Source of the DNA: Promethearchaeota archaeon
Lineage (GTDB): Archaea > Asgardarchaeota > Lokiarchaeia > Sigyniarchaeales > SOKP01
Direction of reading: 5' to 3'
NCBI GenBank assembly: GCA_030599585.1
Contig: JAUVNS010000017.1
Span: 28,471 to 92,470, forward strand
Length of the DNA: 64,000 nt
Shown: positions 10,133 to 20,840 of the stretch, one piece after another
Layout: the number at the start of each line of letters is the position of its first letter
Position numbering within the stretch: the stretch's first letter is position 1
Program-made: the position numbers and the translations under genes
Notes under the pieces: generated by a model
What the model was told of the DNA's origin: nothing
Seen by the model: only the letters and a program-made list of their open reading frames with translations
Database searches by the model: none

Positions 10133-12814
10133 TCATTTTCTAATCCTTTCTATAATATTTGGAATATCCGAAATCTCCTCGTTATATATGGGATCTAAAT
10201 TAGGTACTCCTTTAGAAATGTTTAATACGCTCTCAAAAGAGTAAATTAAATTTTCTAAATAATCAGTAATGTCACCCTTGTAAATCATAATTTCCAATTC
10301 ATTTTCAAGATATTCAGCAATTTCTTTTATTGAAAAATTATCCTCAATTCTTAAATTCAAGATTATCCTTTCTAAATTCAGCCTACCACATTCACAATAA
10401 GGGTTATCTTTACAATCGCAGTTAAAGATTTCTGTTGTCCATTTTACAACATATCTTATAAAATCATCCGAAAATGATCGTCTTTTCTTCACATAATTAG
10501 CATCCATTAAAGATAAATTGCTTGCGCTGAAGAAATTATTTGAGGAGTACTTTGCTGGTCTATGTTTCGATAAATCTGCGACGACTCTTTTAGTGAGATA
10601 AACATTTCTTAAGCTTTTTAACTCTAGGACTATTTCGATAATCTTTTTTTCTTTCTTCTTTAGTTCTTCAATAATGCCTAGACTTTTCTCAATAGTTAAA
10701 AATGATTTCGCAACAGATTGACCCAAAAAAGTAGCTTTGTACAGATTTCCGTTATTTAATCGAATGAGGCGATAACTTATTAATTTATTTATAAACCCTT
10801 GTATATCATAATTGGCATTAATTATATCGTCATTAAATTTATAAATGATTTCCTTTTCAACGCCTTCATTAAACATTGATATAAAAGCTAGAAGTTCTGT
10901 TAAGGATCTGTCTTCGTCGGGGTGTAGCTCAAAATCTTTGATTTTCCCATTAAGTAAGGTAATCGCTATGTTTTCTTCAGTAGTTTTATCTCTTGACGAA
11001 TAGCTTTTCCCTGGTTCAATAAGGAGATAGGCTCTGCCCAAGTCGTGTTTTTTCAATCTACCAGCTCGACCTAACATTTGTTCAAAATCTGCTACTGTCA
11101 GAACATTTATCCCCATCAAAAGCGATTCAAAAATAACTTGTTTTGCAGGCAAGTCTACACCTGCTGCTAACGCTGCCGTGGCAACAACGGCTGCTATAGA
11201 TTGTTTTTGAAATTGTTTTTCAATTATCATTCGTTCCTCATTAGTTAATCCTGAATGATATGATTTTGTTCTTATATCTTTATTTTGCAGATAAGCAGCA
11301 AGTGACTCGCACTTTTTTCTTGAATTCGTAAATATAATTGATTGCCCCTTGAATCCGTAACTAGATTTCTCAAAAAATGCTGCTCGTACTAATCTCGTTA
11401 TATTTCTCAACTTTATTGATTCGTTGAGACATAGGATCAAGTGTCTTTCGATTGGAACTGGACGATTATTATAATTAATCAATAGACAGTTTAATTTTTT
11501 GGCTAACGCATCTGGTTCGCCGATCGTAGCGCTTAAATATAAATATTGAGCATCGTTATATACCGATTTAAGTCTAGCAATTAAACCATCTAGGATAAAA
11601 CCACGTTCTTGATCACTTAAAGTCTGAATTTCATCAATAATTATTGTTCCGAGGGAGCCTAAAAAAGCCTTATTGCCGCTTCTTAAAATATGATCTATCG
11701 CTTCGTAGGTAGCAATTATTACATCTGCTTTCTCTAGTGAATCTAAATCTTCCGGTTCCCTCTTATCTAATAAAGATTCTCCAATCTTCTTTATAACTGT
11801 TAAATTAAGGGATTTATACTTGGATTCAAATTCTACAGTTCTTAAACTTGCTAACGCTCTGATTGGAACTAAATAAAGCATTTTTCTTTTATCACTAAGT
11901 ATTCTCGAAATTCCTGCCAATTCACCTACTAAAGTTTTACCTGCTGAGGTGGGTGCCATAATTAATTGATTTGAGCGTTCTTTTATTAGTCCTCTTTCAA
12001 TTGAAATTGCTTGTATTGGTAAAAGGGTTAAAATTTTCTGAGATTTTAGCAAATCTTTATATTTCTTCTGAATTTCGAGATCATCAACCCTATAATTTAA
12101 ATATTTCTTACTTACTTGTGGATTCCTTTCAACATCGTACAACGTCATCTCTTTGTTTTTGACTGGATTAAAATCGACTTTAAAAGAATCCAAAACCCTT
12201 TTCGCATCTCTAAATTTCGTGATAAGATGATTAAAGAAGTTCTTAAGTTTAGGGTTCAGTTTTTTAGATGAAACAAGTCCTGCAGCGCTTGCTTGTTTAA
12301 TTATTAAGTCTAATGCGCAATTTGAGCAAAGGTATTGGTTTTGTAATGATTTTATCTTAGTTGTTTCGCTTAATAGGGTAAATTTCTTACTTTCTAAACA
12401 TTTTTTGCAGAATGTAAGGTTTAAAATTTTATCTTCTCCAAATTCTTTTCTTACAATAAAATTTTTTATAGGTTTAAATTCATCTGGTTGCGTTTGATCT
12501 GAAAAAGCAACAAATTTATTTTTAGCATCAAGTAAGAATTTTTTAAACAGTCTTGGGTTAATAGGTTCAAGGGTTCCATCTTTTTGGAGCTTAGAAAAGC
12601 TCACAGGTTGAAATTTATCTTGATAATCTGCTTCGAGGAGTACAGTCCCTCTGAAAAAGGGATCAGTGATATAAGAAAACGATTTGCTTTTTTTCTTAAA
12701 TGATTTTAGATAAAAAAAATTAAGATTGAATGACAGTTGCTTTTTGTTCTCCCAATTTCTATCAAAAACAATAAAGAAATCTTTAGTAAAGAGAGTTGTC
12801 AAAAGAAATTTCAC
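10133..12814 (-). CDS. Archaeal SF2 DEAD/DEAH helicase with DUF5814-type C-terminus
   Basis: APTSAGKT, DEIQ, SAT, QMLGRAGR and C-terminal CDCKDNPYCECG. Confidence 0.9.
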   Translation of the reverse strand: MKFLLTTLFTKDFFIVFDRNWENKKQLSFNLNFFYLKSFKKKSKSFSYITDPFFRGTVLLEADYQDKFQPVSFSKLQKDGTLEPINPRLFKKFLLDAKNKFVAFSDQTQPDEFKPIKNFIVRKEFGEDKILNLTFCKKCLESKKFTLLSETTKIKSLQNQYLCSNCALDLIIKQASAAGLVSSKKLNPKLKNFFNHLITKFRDAKRVLDSFKVDFNPVKNKEMTLYDVERNPQVSKKYLNYRVDDLEIQKKYKDLLKSQKILTLLPIQAISIERGLIKERSNQLIMAPTSAGKTLVGELAGISRILSDKRKMLYLVPIRALASLRTVEFESKYKSLNLTVIKKIGESLLDKREPEDLDSLEKADVIIATYEAIDHILRSGNKAFLGSLGTIIIDEIQTLSDQERGFILDGLIARLKSVYNDAQYLYLSATIGEPDALAKKLNCLLINYNNRPVPIERHLILCLNESIKLRNITRLVRAAFFEKSSYGFKGQSIIFTNSRKKCESLAAYLQNKDIRTKSYHSGLTNEERMIIEKQFQKQSIAAVVATAALAAGVDLPAKQVIFESLLMGINVLTVADFEQMLGRAGRLKKHDLGRAYLLIEPGKSYSSRDKTTEENIAITLLNGKIKDFELHPDEDRSLTELLAFISMFNEGVEKEIIYKFNDDIINANYDIQGFINKLISYRLIRLNNGNLYKATFLGQSVAKSFLTIEKSLGIIEELKKKEKKIIEIVLELKSLRNVYLTKRVVADLSKHRPAKYSSNNFFSASNLSLMDANYVKKRRSFSDDFIRYVVKWTTEIFNCDCKDNPYCECGRLNLERIILNLRIEDNFSIKEIAEYLENELEIMIYKGDITDYLENLIYSFESVLNISKGVPNLDPIYNEEISDIPNIIERIRK

Positions 12815-12866
12815 TAATTTTATATAGTAGTCTTACTAATATTGTTCAAACAAAAAAAATCAGAAT

Positions 12867-13034
12867 CTAAAATCCAAAAACGGCTTTTATTTTATCGTAA
12901 ACTTGTTTAATTTGCCTTAACTTAGCCTCATCGCCCTGATTTATAAAATGCTCAATCCACTGGGCTAAGCCACCTCCACTAGGTGACATCCATTCTTTAA
13001 AATACTCAACTGCTTGACGTTCTTCTGCTGACAT
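12867..13034 (-). CDS. Small hypothetical protein (55 aa), not in ORF track
   Basis: ATG 13034 to TAG 12867: MSAEERQAVEYFKEWMSPSGGGLAQWIEHFINQGDEAKLRQIKQVYDKIKAVFGF. TATA-like TTTATATA upstream; fills the intergenic gap. Confidence 0.7.
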   Translation of the reverse strand: MSAEERQAVEYFKEWMSPSGGGLAQWIEHFINQGDEAKLRQIKQVYDKIKAVFGF

Positions 13035-13132
13035 TGTTGTTAGTAATTTTTATTATAATTTCTGCTATATAAAATTATTAAATTAGTCTATTTTATATCT
13101 TTATAATTTTAAATAATAGTTAAAATTTATTA

Positions 13133-14104
13133 GTGGATATTAAAATGACAGATGTTCGAATTAAAAGTCCGAATTTAGACGAAATCTTTGAAAAGTGGAA
13201 GCAACGTGCTGTGAGAAGCGATAAAAAAAAGATGGAAAAACAGTTTGGTACCAAAGGGGCTATTTTTTCATTAGATGCCATAAGCGCGGCAGAATACGTC
13301 AAAGACATAAAAAAGGAAATTGCGATTTATTTTGCGATTAAAAAAACAGTAGGGGAAGTAAAAACAAAAACGGAAGAAAAATCCGTTCTACCGCCTAAAG
13401 TAGCTAGAGAAACCTTTTATTCGTTTAAGGGTAAAGCAAAGATCAATAAAGACGACTGGAAGGGCGATGATATGGTACCCTTGTATGAAACACTCAAAAC
13501 AATTCCATGCAAAAATTGTAATGGGAAGGGTTATGTTGAAAACAAGTGTAAGACATGTAAGGGCACAGGAAAGATCGAAGAACAGTTGCAAGTTTTAACT
13601 GGTGAGGAGCAAAAAAAGGAAGTTAAACCATTTTCCTATTCGTGTGGTGTGTGCTTTGGTACAGGTTCACATAAGGAACAATGCAGAGATTGTGGTGGAT
13701 ATAAAAACTTGTATAAGTACCAAATTTTACCAGTTCCTTTTAAAACTGTTGTGACCGGCATTCCAGTGCTACACAGCAGCGCACAAACTAAATATGAAAA
13801 AGAAATTGAACGGGACCTTCATCAAATGATTGAAGAAGTCGAAGGTATCCGGTTTAATGATTTTAAAGAACTTGAATCGAAGAGCGAAGCTTCATTAGGG
13901 TATTGGAACAAGAACATTAAGAAGACGATAAGCACTGCAGGAAGTGATTATAAAAGTTATTCAAAAGATAAAGAAGCTCAAATCACTACGCAAATCTATC
14001 TATTTCCTATGATTCAAATGTTCTGTGAAACAAAAAAAGGAGCTAAGTTCGAAATATACAGTTTAGGTTCAGCAAATAAATTTATGATATATTCTAATTT
14101 TTAA
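13133..14104 (+). CDS. DnaJ-type Cys-rich (CxxCxGxG) zinc-finger protein without a J domain
   Basis: CKNCNGKG, CKTCKGTG, CGVCFGTG and CRDCGG; no HPD motif. Confidence 0.75.
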   Translation: MDIKMTDVRIKSPNLDEIFEKWKQRAVRSDKKKMEKQFGTKGAIFSLDAISAAEYVKDIKKEIAIYFAIKKTVGEVKTKTEEKSVLPPKVARETFYSFKGKAKINKDDWKGDDMVPLYETLKTIPCKNCNGKGYVENKCKTCKGTGKIEEQLQVLTGEEQKKEVKPFSYSCGVCFGTGSHKEQCRDCGGYKNLYKYQILPVPFKTVVTGIPVLHSSAQTKYEKEIERDLHQMIEEVEGIRFNDFKELESKSEASLGYWNKNIKKTISTAGSDYKSYSKDKEAQITTQIYLFPMIQMFCETKKGAKFEIYSLGSANKFMIYSNF

Positions 14105-14154
14105 AATATTTTTTTAATTTTTTTTTTATACCTTTTTTACATTTTATTTTTTTA
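14104..14154 (+). terminator. T-rich archaeal terminator-like tract
   Basis: Several T6-T10 runs directly after the stop, between convergent genes. Confidence 0.45.
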
Positions 14155-14174
14155 TGAGAGCAGGTTGTAGGGAC

Positions 14175-16772
14175 TTATTCAAGTATATCGTATCGATTAA
14201 ATAATTTCATAACTAATTTTAAAACCCAATAAAACTTTCTTGGAATTCGACCTATTAAAGCGTTAAAACTAGTCATCATATCCGACTGTAATGAGTGTCT
14301 ATTAAGTTCAAAATTGGGGTAACATAACCCCCCCGTAACTTTAGGCGGTGAGCCAAAACTCTTAACTTTCCTCCACTGTCCGTTAAATTCTCTAGTTCCA
14401 AACCAACTCTTATCAGTATAAATTTTAATTATACGATCTGATTTTAATTTAATTTCACCATAAATATTCACTGATCCTACTCCACCAGCGTATTGCATAG
14501 TTTCTATTAGAATTATATTTTCACCTTTCCTGATGTAGTCTTTTAAATCAAAAATTTGGATGTTATTTTTTAACACAACATAGTTTAACGATTGTCTGGT
14601 AATTACATGTCCCACGAGTTTGTTATTTAAGCTCAATTTAGCAAAGTTCCATCCAATTACTTGCACGTAAGCACTTTTAATTTCTTCTTGGATTTTAAAA
14701 GTTTTTTTAAAAAATACAGTATCAACTTGGTGTTTTTTCTTAGAATCAAGATATATAGTTTCACTGGGGAGGTTAGGATTTATCCATTCTCTCCTACTAT
14801 TAATTTCTTCGATTTTTTCACGATAGAACTCTATTAACCAGAGATATTTGATTTTAATTGCTTCAAAACCATCTTTCTTAGCGGTGCTCATCCAAATCGA
14901 TTCGTATTCATCAAGGAGAGACGTTAAATCCTGTATTAGGTTTTTGATTTCTTCTATTATTTGCGTTTTTAAGCTTATTTTTAGTCTTTTTGGATTATAA
15001 GCAACTAATTTCTTTGAGTTAATTCTTTTTTTACAGTAAAATTTAATGTGTTTTGCAATAAAGGCAAAAACCTGCAGATTTTCTTCATTCATTAACACAT
15101 CCAATTCCAATTCTTTACAAGTTGTAATAATATCATCCATATCTTTAATTACAGCATCAAATTTTGAGGTTTTAAGATTTTTTCTATGGATTTTGCTTTT
15201 CTTATTGTAAGGATGGGAGAAGAAGTGATTATAGTAAAATGTCTGTCGAGTATGTAAACGATTGCTGGCTTCCACAGTTCTCAATATTTTTATTACTTTC
15301 AATAATCGTGAATCATCAATCCCAAAAAAATGAAATAAAACGCTCTTCCAGAATATAAGGAAATTCATTTCCCTAACAGGATCCCAACCTATTTGAGCTG
15401 AATAAATAAATCCGTATATTCTATTCTCTCTGATTTCTTTATTATTAAAGTCTCCCCAGCTTGAAGTAATTTCTCCAATTGCCCCATTTTCATAACCGTA
15501 TTTAATTAAGTTTGTTATATTTTTTTCTGAACGCAAAAAGGAAGGAAAAATTCGATTATAATCAATTATAGATGGGCTAACAACTAGCGGTAATTTAAAT
15601 TCTTTAATTTTATCAACAATTGGATGTTTATCTTTGGTATTATATTTCCAATACATGATAATTATGTCCTCCGGTAACCCCTCAAGTACTTCCTTATGTT
15701 TATAAAGAATGTCGTGATAGATAATGATTTTGGTGTATCCATGTTTTTTTACAATTTCGTGCACTTTTTTGTAATGTTTTAGATATGCCTGGCTGATTCC
15801 TACTTTTTCGACATAAGCTTTGGATGCACCCTTCCCTACATCCCAGCTTTCGTCTGCACCTATGTGGAAATACTCTGATTTAAACACTTCATGTAATTCC
15901 CCTATCATGTTATCTAAAAGAGTGTATATCTGCTCATTTGCTATATTTAAACTATTCGAGCCGGGAAATTCTCCGTAATCCCAGAAATTTTCATCATGAA
16001 GGATATTTTCCCAGTGCCCAATCGTTTGAAAAATAGGTATTAATTCTACAAAATGTCTTTTTGCATAATCAAATAAATCTTTTATTTCTGCTTTAGAATA
16101 AGCTCCTCTGCCTTTACCAATATCAGGATAATTTTCAAATTTAAACATATCTTGCATATAAACTAAATAATAATGGTTAATTTTGAAATGACTCAGCGTT
16201 TTAATGAATTTCTTTAAGTTTTCAACGGTTGCTGCTTGACCTCTTGATATATCGTCAGACACGCCTCTTATCTTTAATCTAGGATAATCGACAATAGCCA
16301 CCTGTCTGAGTAAGTTTTTTGAGTTGGTAGAATTTAGAAGCTGAATTATAGTTTGGATACCATAATAAATGCCTTGAAGAGAATCTGCTTTTAAATACAT
16401 TGTCGAGGCTTCAGAAAAAAGAAAGTATCCTTGTTCAATTGCGTTTTGGTTTCTTTTAACACTATTTAAATCTAGTTGTGGGAAATTTTTTTCGCACAAA
16501 CTCAATATCACTTTATCGTTCTCTGCTGTATTCAGAGAATTCTTTTCGTACCGTACCTTCAATTCAAATTCTTTTTCATAAAGTTGTAGATGTTCTATAA
16601 GCTGTTCTAAAACAAACCAATCTTCTTTAGGTATATCAGTTAAAATTAAAGAATTTCCACTGAATTGCAATAATTGAGTATCCGTTAGCTTATAATAAAG
16701 AGGTAACGGAAGTAACGAAATTTCTTTTGAATCTATTTCAGTTTTAATTAAGCTACTTATGCAAATTAACAT
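14175..16772 (-). CDS. GH20-family beta-N-acetylhexosaminidase with C-terminal beta-sandwich domain
   Basis: [16 protein letters not shown] and catalytic HIGADE. Confidence 0.9.
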   Translation of the reverse strand: MLICISSLIKTEIDSKEISLLPLPLYYKLTDTQLLQFSGNSLILTDIPKEDWFVLEQLIEHLQLYEKEFELKVRYEKNSLNTAENDKVILSLCEKNFPQLDLNSVKRNQNAIEQGYFLFSEASTMYLKADSLQGIYYGIQTIIQLLNSTNSKNLLRQVAIVDYPRLKIRGVSDDISRGQAATVENLKKFIKTLSHFKINHYYLVYMQDMFKFENYPDIGKGRGAYSKAEIKDLFDYAKRHFVELIPIFQTIGHWENILHDENFWDYGEFPGSNSLNIANEQIYTLLDNMIGELHEVFKSEYFHIGADESWDVGKGASKAYVEKVGISQAYLKHYKKVHEIVKKHGYTKIIIYHDILYKHKEVLEGLPEDIIIMYWKYNTKDKHPIVDKIKEFKLPLVVSPSIIDYNRIFPSFLRSEKNITNLIKYGYENGAIGEITSSWGDFNNKEIRENRIYGFIYSAQIGWDPVREMNFLIFWKSVLFHFFGIDDSRLLKVIKILRTVEASNRLHTRQTFYYNHFFSHPYNKKSKIHRKNLKTSKFDAVIKDMDDIITTCKELELDVLMNEENLQVFAFIAKHIKFYCKKRINSKKLVAYNPKRLKISLKTQIIEEIKNLIQDLTSLLDEYESIWMSTAKKDGFEAIKIKYLWLIEFYREKIEEINSRREWINPNLPSETIYLDSKKKHQVDTVFFKKTFKIQEEIKSAYVQVIGWNFAKLSLNNKLVGHVITRQSLNYVVLKNNIQIFDLKDYIRKGENIILIETMQYAGGVGSVNIYGEIKLKSDRIIKIYTDKSWFGTREFNGQWRKVKSFGSPPKVTGGLCYPNFELNRHSLQSDMMTSFNALIGRIPRKFYWVLKLVMKLFNRYDILE

Positions 16773-16988
16773 AATTATAAATTATACAAATCGATTAATT
16801 TTAATATTTATTATTTAAAGAAACGAGAGATTTCGACTTTTCTGTAATTGGCAAACTCGATCTCAATTAATTCGCTTGAATTTTTTAGGTATTCCTCAAA
16901 TTTCATCAAGCTCATGCTTAAAATGAGAGAAAAATTATAAATATGAATTCTTCATATACTAAATTGGAAAAACATTGAACTCTTATGT

Positions 16989-17603
16989 GTGTCTAATGTT
17001 ATTATGAATAATCAAAAATTAGCAAGAAAACCGAATTTTTTAGGCTATCTACTCCCCTTTAATTCACTATCATTATCTATGATTGGCATTTTTGGAGCAT
17101 TTACTTGTGTGGTTACTATGGTGATAGCATTCCCCATCCCAGCCACTAACGGCTTTATAAATATCGGAGATGCTGTTGTTATGATAACTGGATTAATGTT
17201 TGGGCCAATAATTGGAGGTATTGCAGGTGGCATTGGGTCTTCTTTAGCTGATTTATTCTTAGGTTATGCAATTTATGCCCCTGCCACACTCGTCATAAAA
17301 GGCTTAGAAGGTTTTTTTGTAGGATTAATAGCAAATCCAAAAAAGAATCATAAATGGAATTACAGAGATTTTATAGCTGTAATAGTAGGTGGATTTATAA
17401 TGATAATTGGATATTTTCTTTACGAAACTATGATATTTGGATTACCTAGTGCTCTGTATGAATTTATTTTAAACAGTATAATCCAATTTGGTTTGGGTTC
17501 AGTAATTGCCTTAATATTCATTTTCGCAGCAAGAAAGAATATTAAAACAAGTTTGCCACAAGTGTTCGATAAAATATACATCTCTCCTGAATTAACTGAG
17601 TAA
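16989..17603 (+). CDS. ECF transporter S component
   Basis: IPATNGFINIGD...GGIGSSLADL...APATLVIKG. Confidence 0.9.
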   Translation: MSNVIMNNQKLARKPNFLGYLLPFNSLSLSMIGIFGAFTCVVTMVIAFPIPATNGFINIGDAVVMITGLMFGPIIGGIAGGIGSSLADLFLGYAIYAPATLVIKGLEGFFVGLIANPKKNHKWNYRDFIAVIVGGFIMIIGYFLYETMIFGLPSALYEFILNSIIQFGLGSVIALIFIFAARKNIKTSLPQVFDKIYISPELTE

Positions 17604-17608
17604 ATAAA

Positions 17609-17626
17609 TTTACGATCGATCGTAAA
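17609..17626. promoter_or_regulatory. Perfect 18-bp palindrome, candidate operator upstream of the ZIP transporter/DtxR-family pair
   Basis: TTTACGATCGATCGTAAA is its own reverse complement and abuts a TATA-like TTTATAT (17628-17634). Confidence 0.6.
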
Positions 17627-17677
17627 ATTTATATTTTTTAAATCATCAATTATCTAAGAATAGGTAATAATGGTGTA

Positions 17678-18439
17678 ATTATCATTCTTGAATGGATAAT
17701 TTTATTTAGTATTTTAGGTAGTATTGGAGCGATTTCAGCAGCCGCTCTTTTTGTACTATTAACAGAAAGAGTTCAAAAATCGCTCATTTCAATGTTGATC
17801 TCATTTGCGACTGGAACTTTGCTCACAGCAGCGTTATTTGGATTAATTCCTGAAGCGATAGAGAGTGCGGGGGGGGAACCCCATACTGTAATGCCATTTG
17901 TTTTAGGTGGCATTCTTTTCTTCTTTTTCTTGGAAAAAATAATTATATGGCGAAATTGCGCCGACGAGGACTGCGATGTTCACGCAGCAGCTGGGCCTAT
18001 TATCTTGATTGGTGATGCATTTCATAATTTTATAGATGGAATTGTCATTGCTGCGAGCTTTCTTACAAGTTTTACAGTTGGAATAAGCGTAAGTCTTGCT
18101 ATAATTGCTCATGAAGTTCCACAAGAGACAGGGGATTTTGGAATCCTTTTACATGGTGGTTTTTCAAAAAAGAAAGCTTTTTTTCTTAACACACTATCAA
18201 GTGTAACAACAATTCCAGCAGCAATAGTCAGTTATTTCGTTTTAGCAGAAATATCCTTTATCGTACCCTACGCCTTAGCAATTTCAGCAGCAAGTTTTCT
18301 TTACATTGCTTTATCAGATTTAACACCTGAGTTACATAAGAAGTGGGGGCTCAAGCACACAATACAACAATTAATTTTAATCTTATTAGGGGTTACAGTA
18401 ATGATCTTAACCATGAGTGTCATGGGTCACAATCATTAA
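17678..18439 (+). CDS. ZIP-family metal transporter; N-terminus extended beyond the track start at 17792
   Basis: GDAFHNFIDG and AHEVPQETGDF motifs. The frame is open upstream of 17792 and encodes TM1 (IIILEWIILFSILGSIGAISAAALFVLL) with no ATG; GGTG lies just before ATT/ATC. Exact start uncertain. Confidence 0.85.
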   Translation: MIILEWIILFSILGSIGAISAAALFVLLTERVQKSLISMLISFATGTLLTAALFGLIPEAIESAGGEPHTVMPFVLGGILFFFFLEKIIIWRNCADEDCDVHAAAGPIILIGDAFHNFIDGIVIAASFLTSFTVGISVSLAIIAHEVPQETGDFGILLHGGFSKKKAFFLNTLSSVTTIPAAIVSYFVLAEISFIVPYALAISAASFLYIALSDLTPELHKKWGLKHTIQQLILILLGVTVMILTMSVMGHNH

Positions 18440-18468
18440 TTTATCAAAATCAAGTAATAAATCGAGCT

Positions 18469-18891
18469 ATGCAAGATTTAGAGTATACTGTTATTAAGTT
18501 TTTATTTCAGAAGAGTATTCCTTTAAAAGTTGGAAAAATTGCTAAAGAACTCAATATACCTCACTCTACATTGGGGAGTTGCATTACGAGATTAAAAACA
18601 AAGGGATTTGTAGAATATGAAGCTTATCGTGAAGTCGAATTAACTTCTAAGGGTAAGGATTTAGCAATTGAATTAATCAGGCACGCAAGACTCTTAGAAA
18701 TTTTTCTCCATAACGAATTAGGCGTAAAACCAGAACTTGCTCATAGCGAAAGTGAAAATTTAAATCTGCTTTTCTCGTGTGAAACCATAAATAAGATTTG
18801 TAAGAAATATGAGCATCCAAAAAAATGTCCTTGTGGTGAAGTGATCTTAAGTTCTAGTCACTGTGGATGTGAAACAGAAGTAAAAAAATAG
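18469..18891 (+). CDS. DtxR/MntR-family metal-dependent transcriptional regulator
   Basis: wHTH KVGKIAKELNIPHST, then LTSKG..AIELIRHARLLEIFL and HPKKCPCG. ATG 18469 is preferred over the overlapping track start at 18343. Confidence 0.88.
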   Translation: MQDLEYTVIKFLFQKSIPLKVGKIAKELNIPHSTLGSCITRLKTKGFVEYEAYREVELTSKGKDLAIELIRHARLLEIFLHNELGVKPELAHSESENLNLLFSCETINKICKKYEHPKKCPCGEVILSSSHCGCETEVKK

Positions 18892-18935
18892 AGAATAAGA
18901 ATATAAATACTAAATAATATCGTTAGAGGAGTAGG

Positions 18936-19175
18936 TTAGGCTTTAAAAGGTTTATCGTGAATAACTTTATCAATTGCGTCCATACAAGCATCTTCCCAGT
19001 CATCATTCGGATCAATTTCTTCGGAACAGTCAGAACACCAATCGTCAGAATATCCGTCATCGAAATCATCACTTTCTAAATCGCCATTTAAAGTCCCACC
19101 GCAATAAAAGCATTCATTATCGTCGTATCTATCTAAAATTTCTGCTATTAACTTGATTTTTTTCTTATTGTTAAT
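18936..19175 (-). CDS. Small acidic CxxC...CxxC zinc-finger protein (79 aa), probable ATT start, not in ORF track
   Basis: INNKKKIKLIAEILDRYDDNECFYCGGTLNGDLESDDFDDGYSDDWCSDCSEEIDPNDDWEDACMDAIDKVIHDKPFKA*. In-frame TGA two codons upstream; AGGTG 6 nt before ATT. Confidence 0.7.
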   Translation of the reverse strand: MNNKKKIKLIAEILDRYDDNECFYCGGTLNGDLESDDFDDGYSDDWCSDCSEEIDPNDDWEDACMDAIDKVIHDKPFKA

Positions 19176-19270
19176 TTTTCACACCTATTTCTCGATATAT
19201 AAATCTTTATTATAATATGGGTCTTAATATAAAAAAAGTATAGGCAAAAATTTTTAGTAAGAAAAGTGAA

Positions 19271-20305
19271 TCAGATTACCATCTTTGAAGCTTTGATTAA
19301 AGATTTTTCAGCGGTTGCTACAATGTTATCCATTATATCTTTAACGCTTTCAATAGATTTAATAACTCCAATACTTTGACCCAATAATACTGCACCATCA
19401 TCGACATTTCCCTCATAAGTCATTTCATAGTGTTTTTGGTCTTCTAAAGCCTTTTGTGGAGTAAGTTGAGCTTCAAGAGCCATCTTTTCTTCTTTGCTAG
19501 TTACTACTCCATGGTCAAGTGAGTATTTATTCCTCCAAAGTCTAATAGGACCTAATACACCAGTAACCCACATTGTATCATTTGCTCCAGCAGCTGGTAC
19601 GATATTTTTATAATTTTCATGAAACTCACTTTCTTTTGAGGCTATAAATCTAGAACCCATCGCAATCCCTCCTGCTCCAAGCGATAAAGCTGCAGCCATT
19701 CCTTCTCCTGTAGCTATCCCCCCGCATGCTATTAATGGGAGGTCAGGGTGTTTCAATTTAACTTGCTGGAGAAGAACTAAAGAGCTTACTCTTTCATAGG
19801 ATTGGTGGCCTCCACCTTCCCATCCCGTTACTACTACACCATCGCATCCAGCAGTCACGCATTTGTCTGCCAACCATAGGGCAGGTGCTACATGAAAATG
19901 TTTTATCTCTGATCCACCATCTCTTAGTTTTTGAAATGCTTTGTTATAGATCATCTTTGGAGTACCAGCGCTCGTGATTATATAACGACATTGTTCTTTG
20001 ATCTTGGGGTTGTTGTTAATGAACCGAGGAATTGCCCGACATAAGCCAGGTGCATCCATTTGCATTCTTGAAGTTCTAATGTTAAAGCCAAAAGGTTTAT
20101 CTGTATGTTCAACAACATACTCCATATTTTTCTTCATTTCAGTCAAACTACTTTTACCAAATAAATTAGTATGACTTAATACTCCAAGACCTCCAGCTTC
20201 AGAAACCGCAATAGTTAAATCTGTGGTATAAAATGGACCCATTGGAGCAGCTAAAATAGGATATTTAATCCCAAACATTTCAGTGATGTTAGTTTTTAAA
20301 CCCAA
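19271..20305 (-). CDS. Nitronate monooxygenase / FabK-like flavin oxidoreductase
   Basis: YPILAAPM, AVSEAGGLG, GWEGGGH, IACGGI and MGSRFIASKES. Confidence 0.92.
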   Translation of the reverse strand: MGLKTNITEMFGIKYPILAAPMGPFYTTDLTIAVSEAGGLGVLSHTNLFGKSSLTEMKKNMEYVVEHTDKPFGFNIRTSRMQMDAPGLCRAIPRFINNNPKIKEQCRYIITSAGTPKMIYNKAFQKLRDGGSEIKHFHVAPALWLADKCVTAGCDGVVVTGWEGGGHQSYERVSSLVLLQQVKLKHPDLPLIACGGIATGEGMAAALSLGAGGIAMGSRFIASKESEFHENYKNIVPAAGANDTMWVTGVLGPIRLWRNKYSLDHGVVTSKEEKMALEAQLTPQKALEDQKHYEMTYEGNVDDGAVLLGQSIGVIKSIESVKDIMDNIVATAEKSLIKASKMVI

Positions 20306-20459
20306 TCTCTTTCCCTATTATAATGTTTTAATTGTTATTAAGAAAATAATATGAAATGTATTAAATAATCTTTTTGACCTTTTAAATACGAAAAAATGCT
20401 TTTAGTTAAGGAAATATTTCTGTTCTTTCAAAAAAAACTTATACAAAAAAAATTAAATT

Positions 20460-20714
20460 TTACAGAAAGAATCCGAAGATACTATTGAAATAAAGAATGA
20501 TAATTATAGCTACCACCACAAAAACAATCGCTAGTAGATAAGACTTCTTTTTAACCTTCCGATTCATTTTCACTTTACAACTAGGGCAATCTATCGTTGG
20601 TGCATTAGTTCTTAAAGAAACTCCATGCTCGATATGTTCGCTACAAAGTGGAACTCCACATTTTGAGCAATTAGCAACAGATGGTTTTCCACATATACTG
20701 CATTTTGATTCCAT
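20460..20714 (-). CDS. Small zinc-finger protein with C-terminal TM helix
   Basis: CSIC..CSKC..LCSEH..CPSC, then a hydrophobic tail. Confidence 0.7.
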   Translation of the reverse strand: MESKCSICGKPSVANCSKCGVPLCSEHIEHGVSLRTNAPTIDCPSCKVKMNRKVKKKSYLLAIVFVVVAIIIILYFNSIFGFFL

Positions 20715-20840
20715 AGATCAAACCTTGATAATTAGAGGGACTATGTAATTAATTAAGATATATTTTATTTTAAAAACTTGTTTTATATAAAATAAAGGCT
20801 ACAATTTTATATCCTACTGAAAATTTGTGATTTAGATGCA

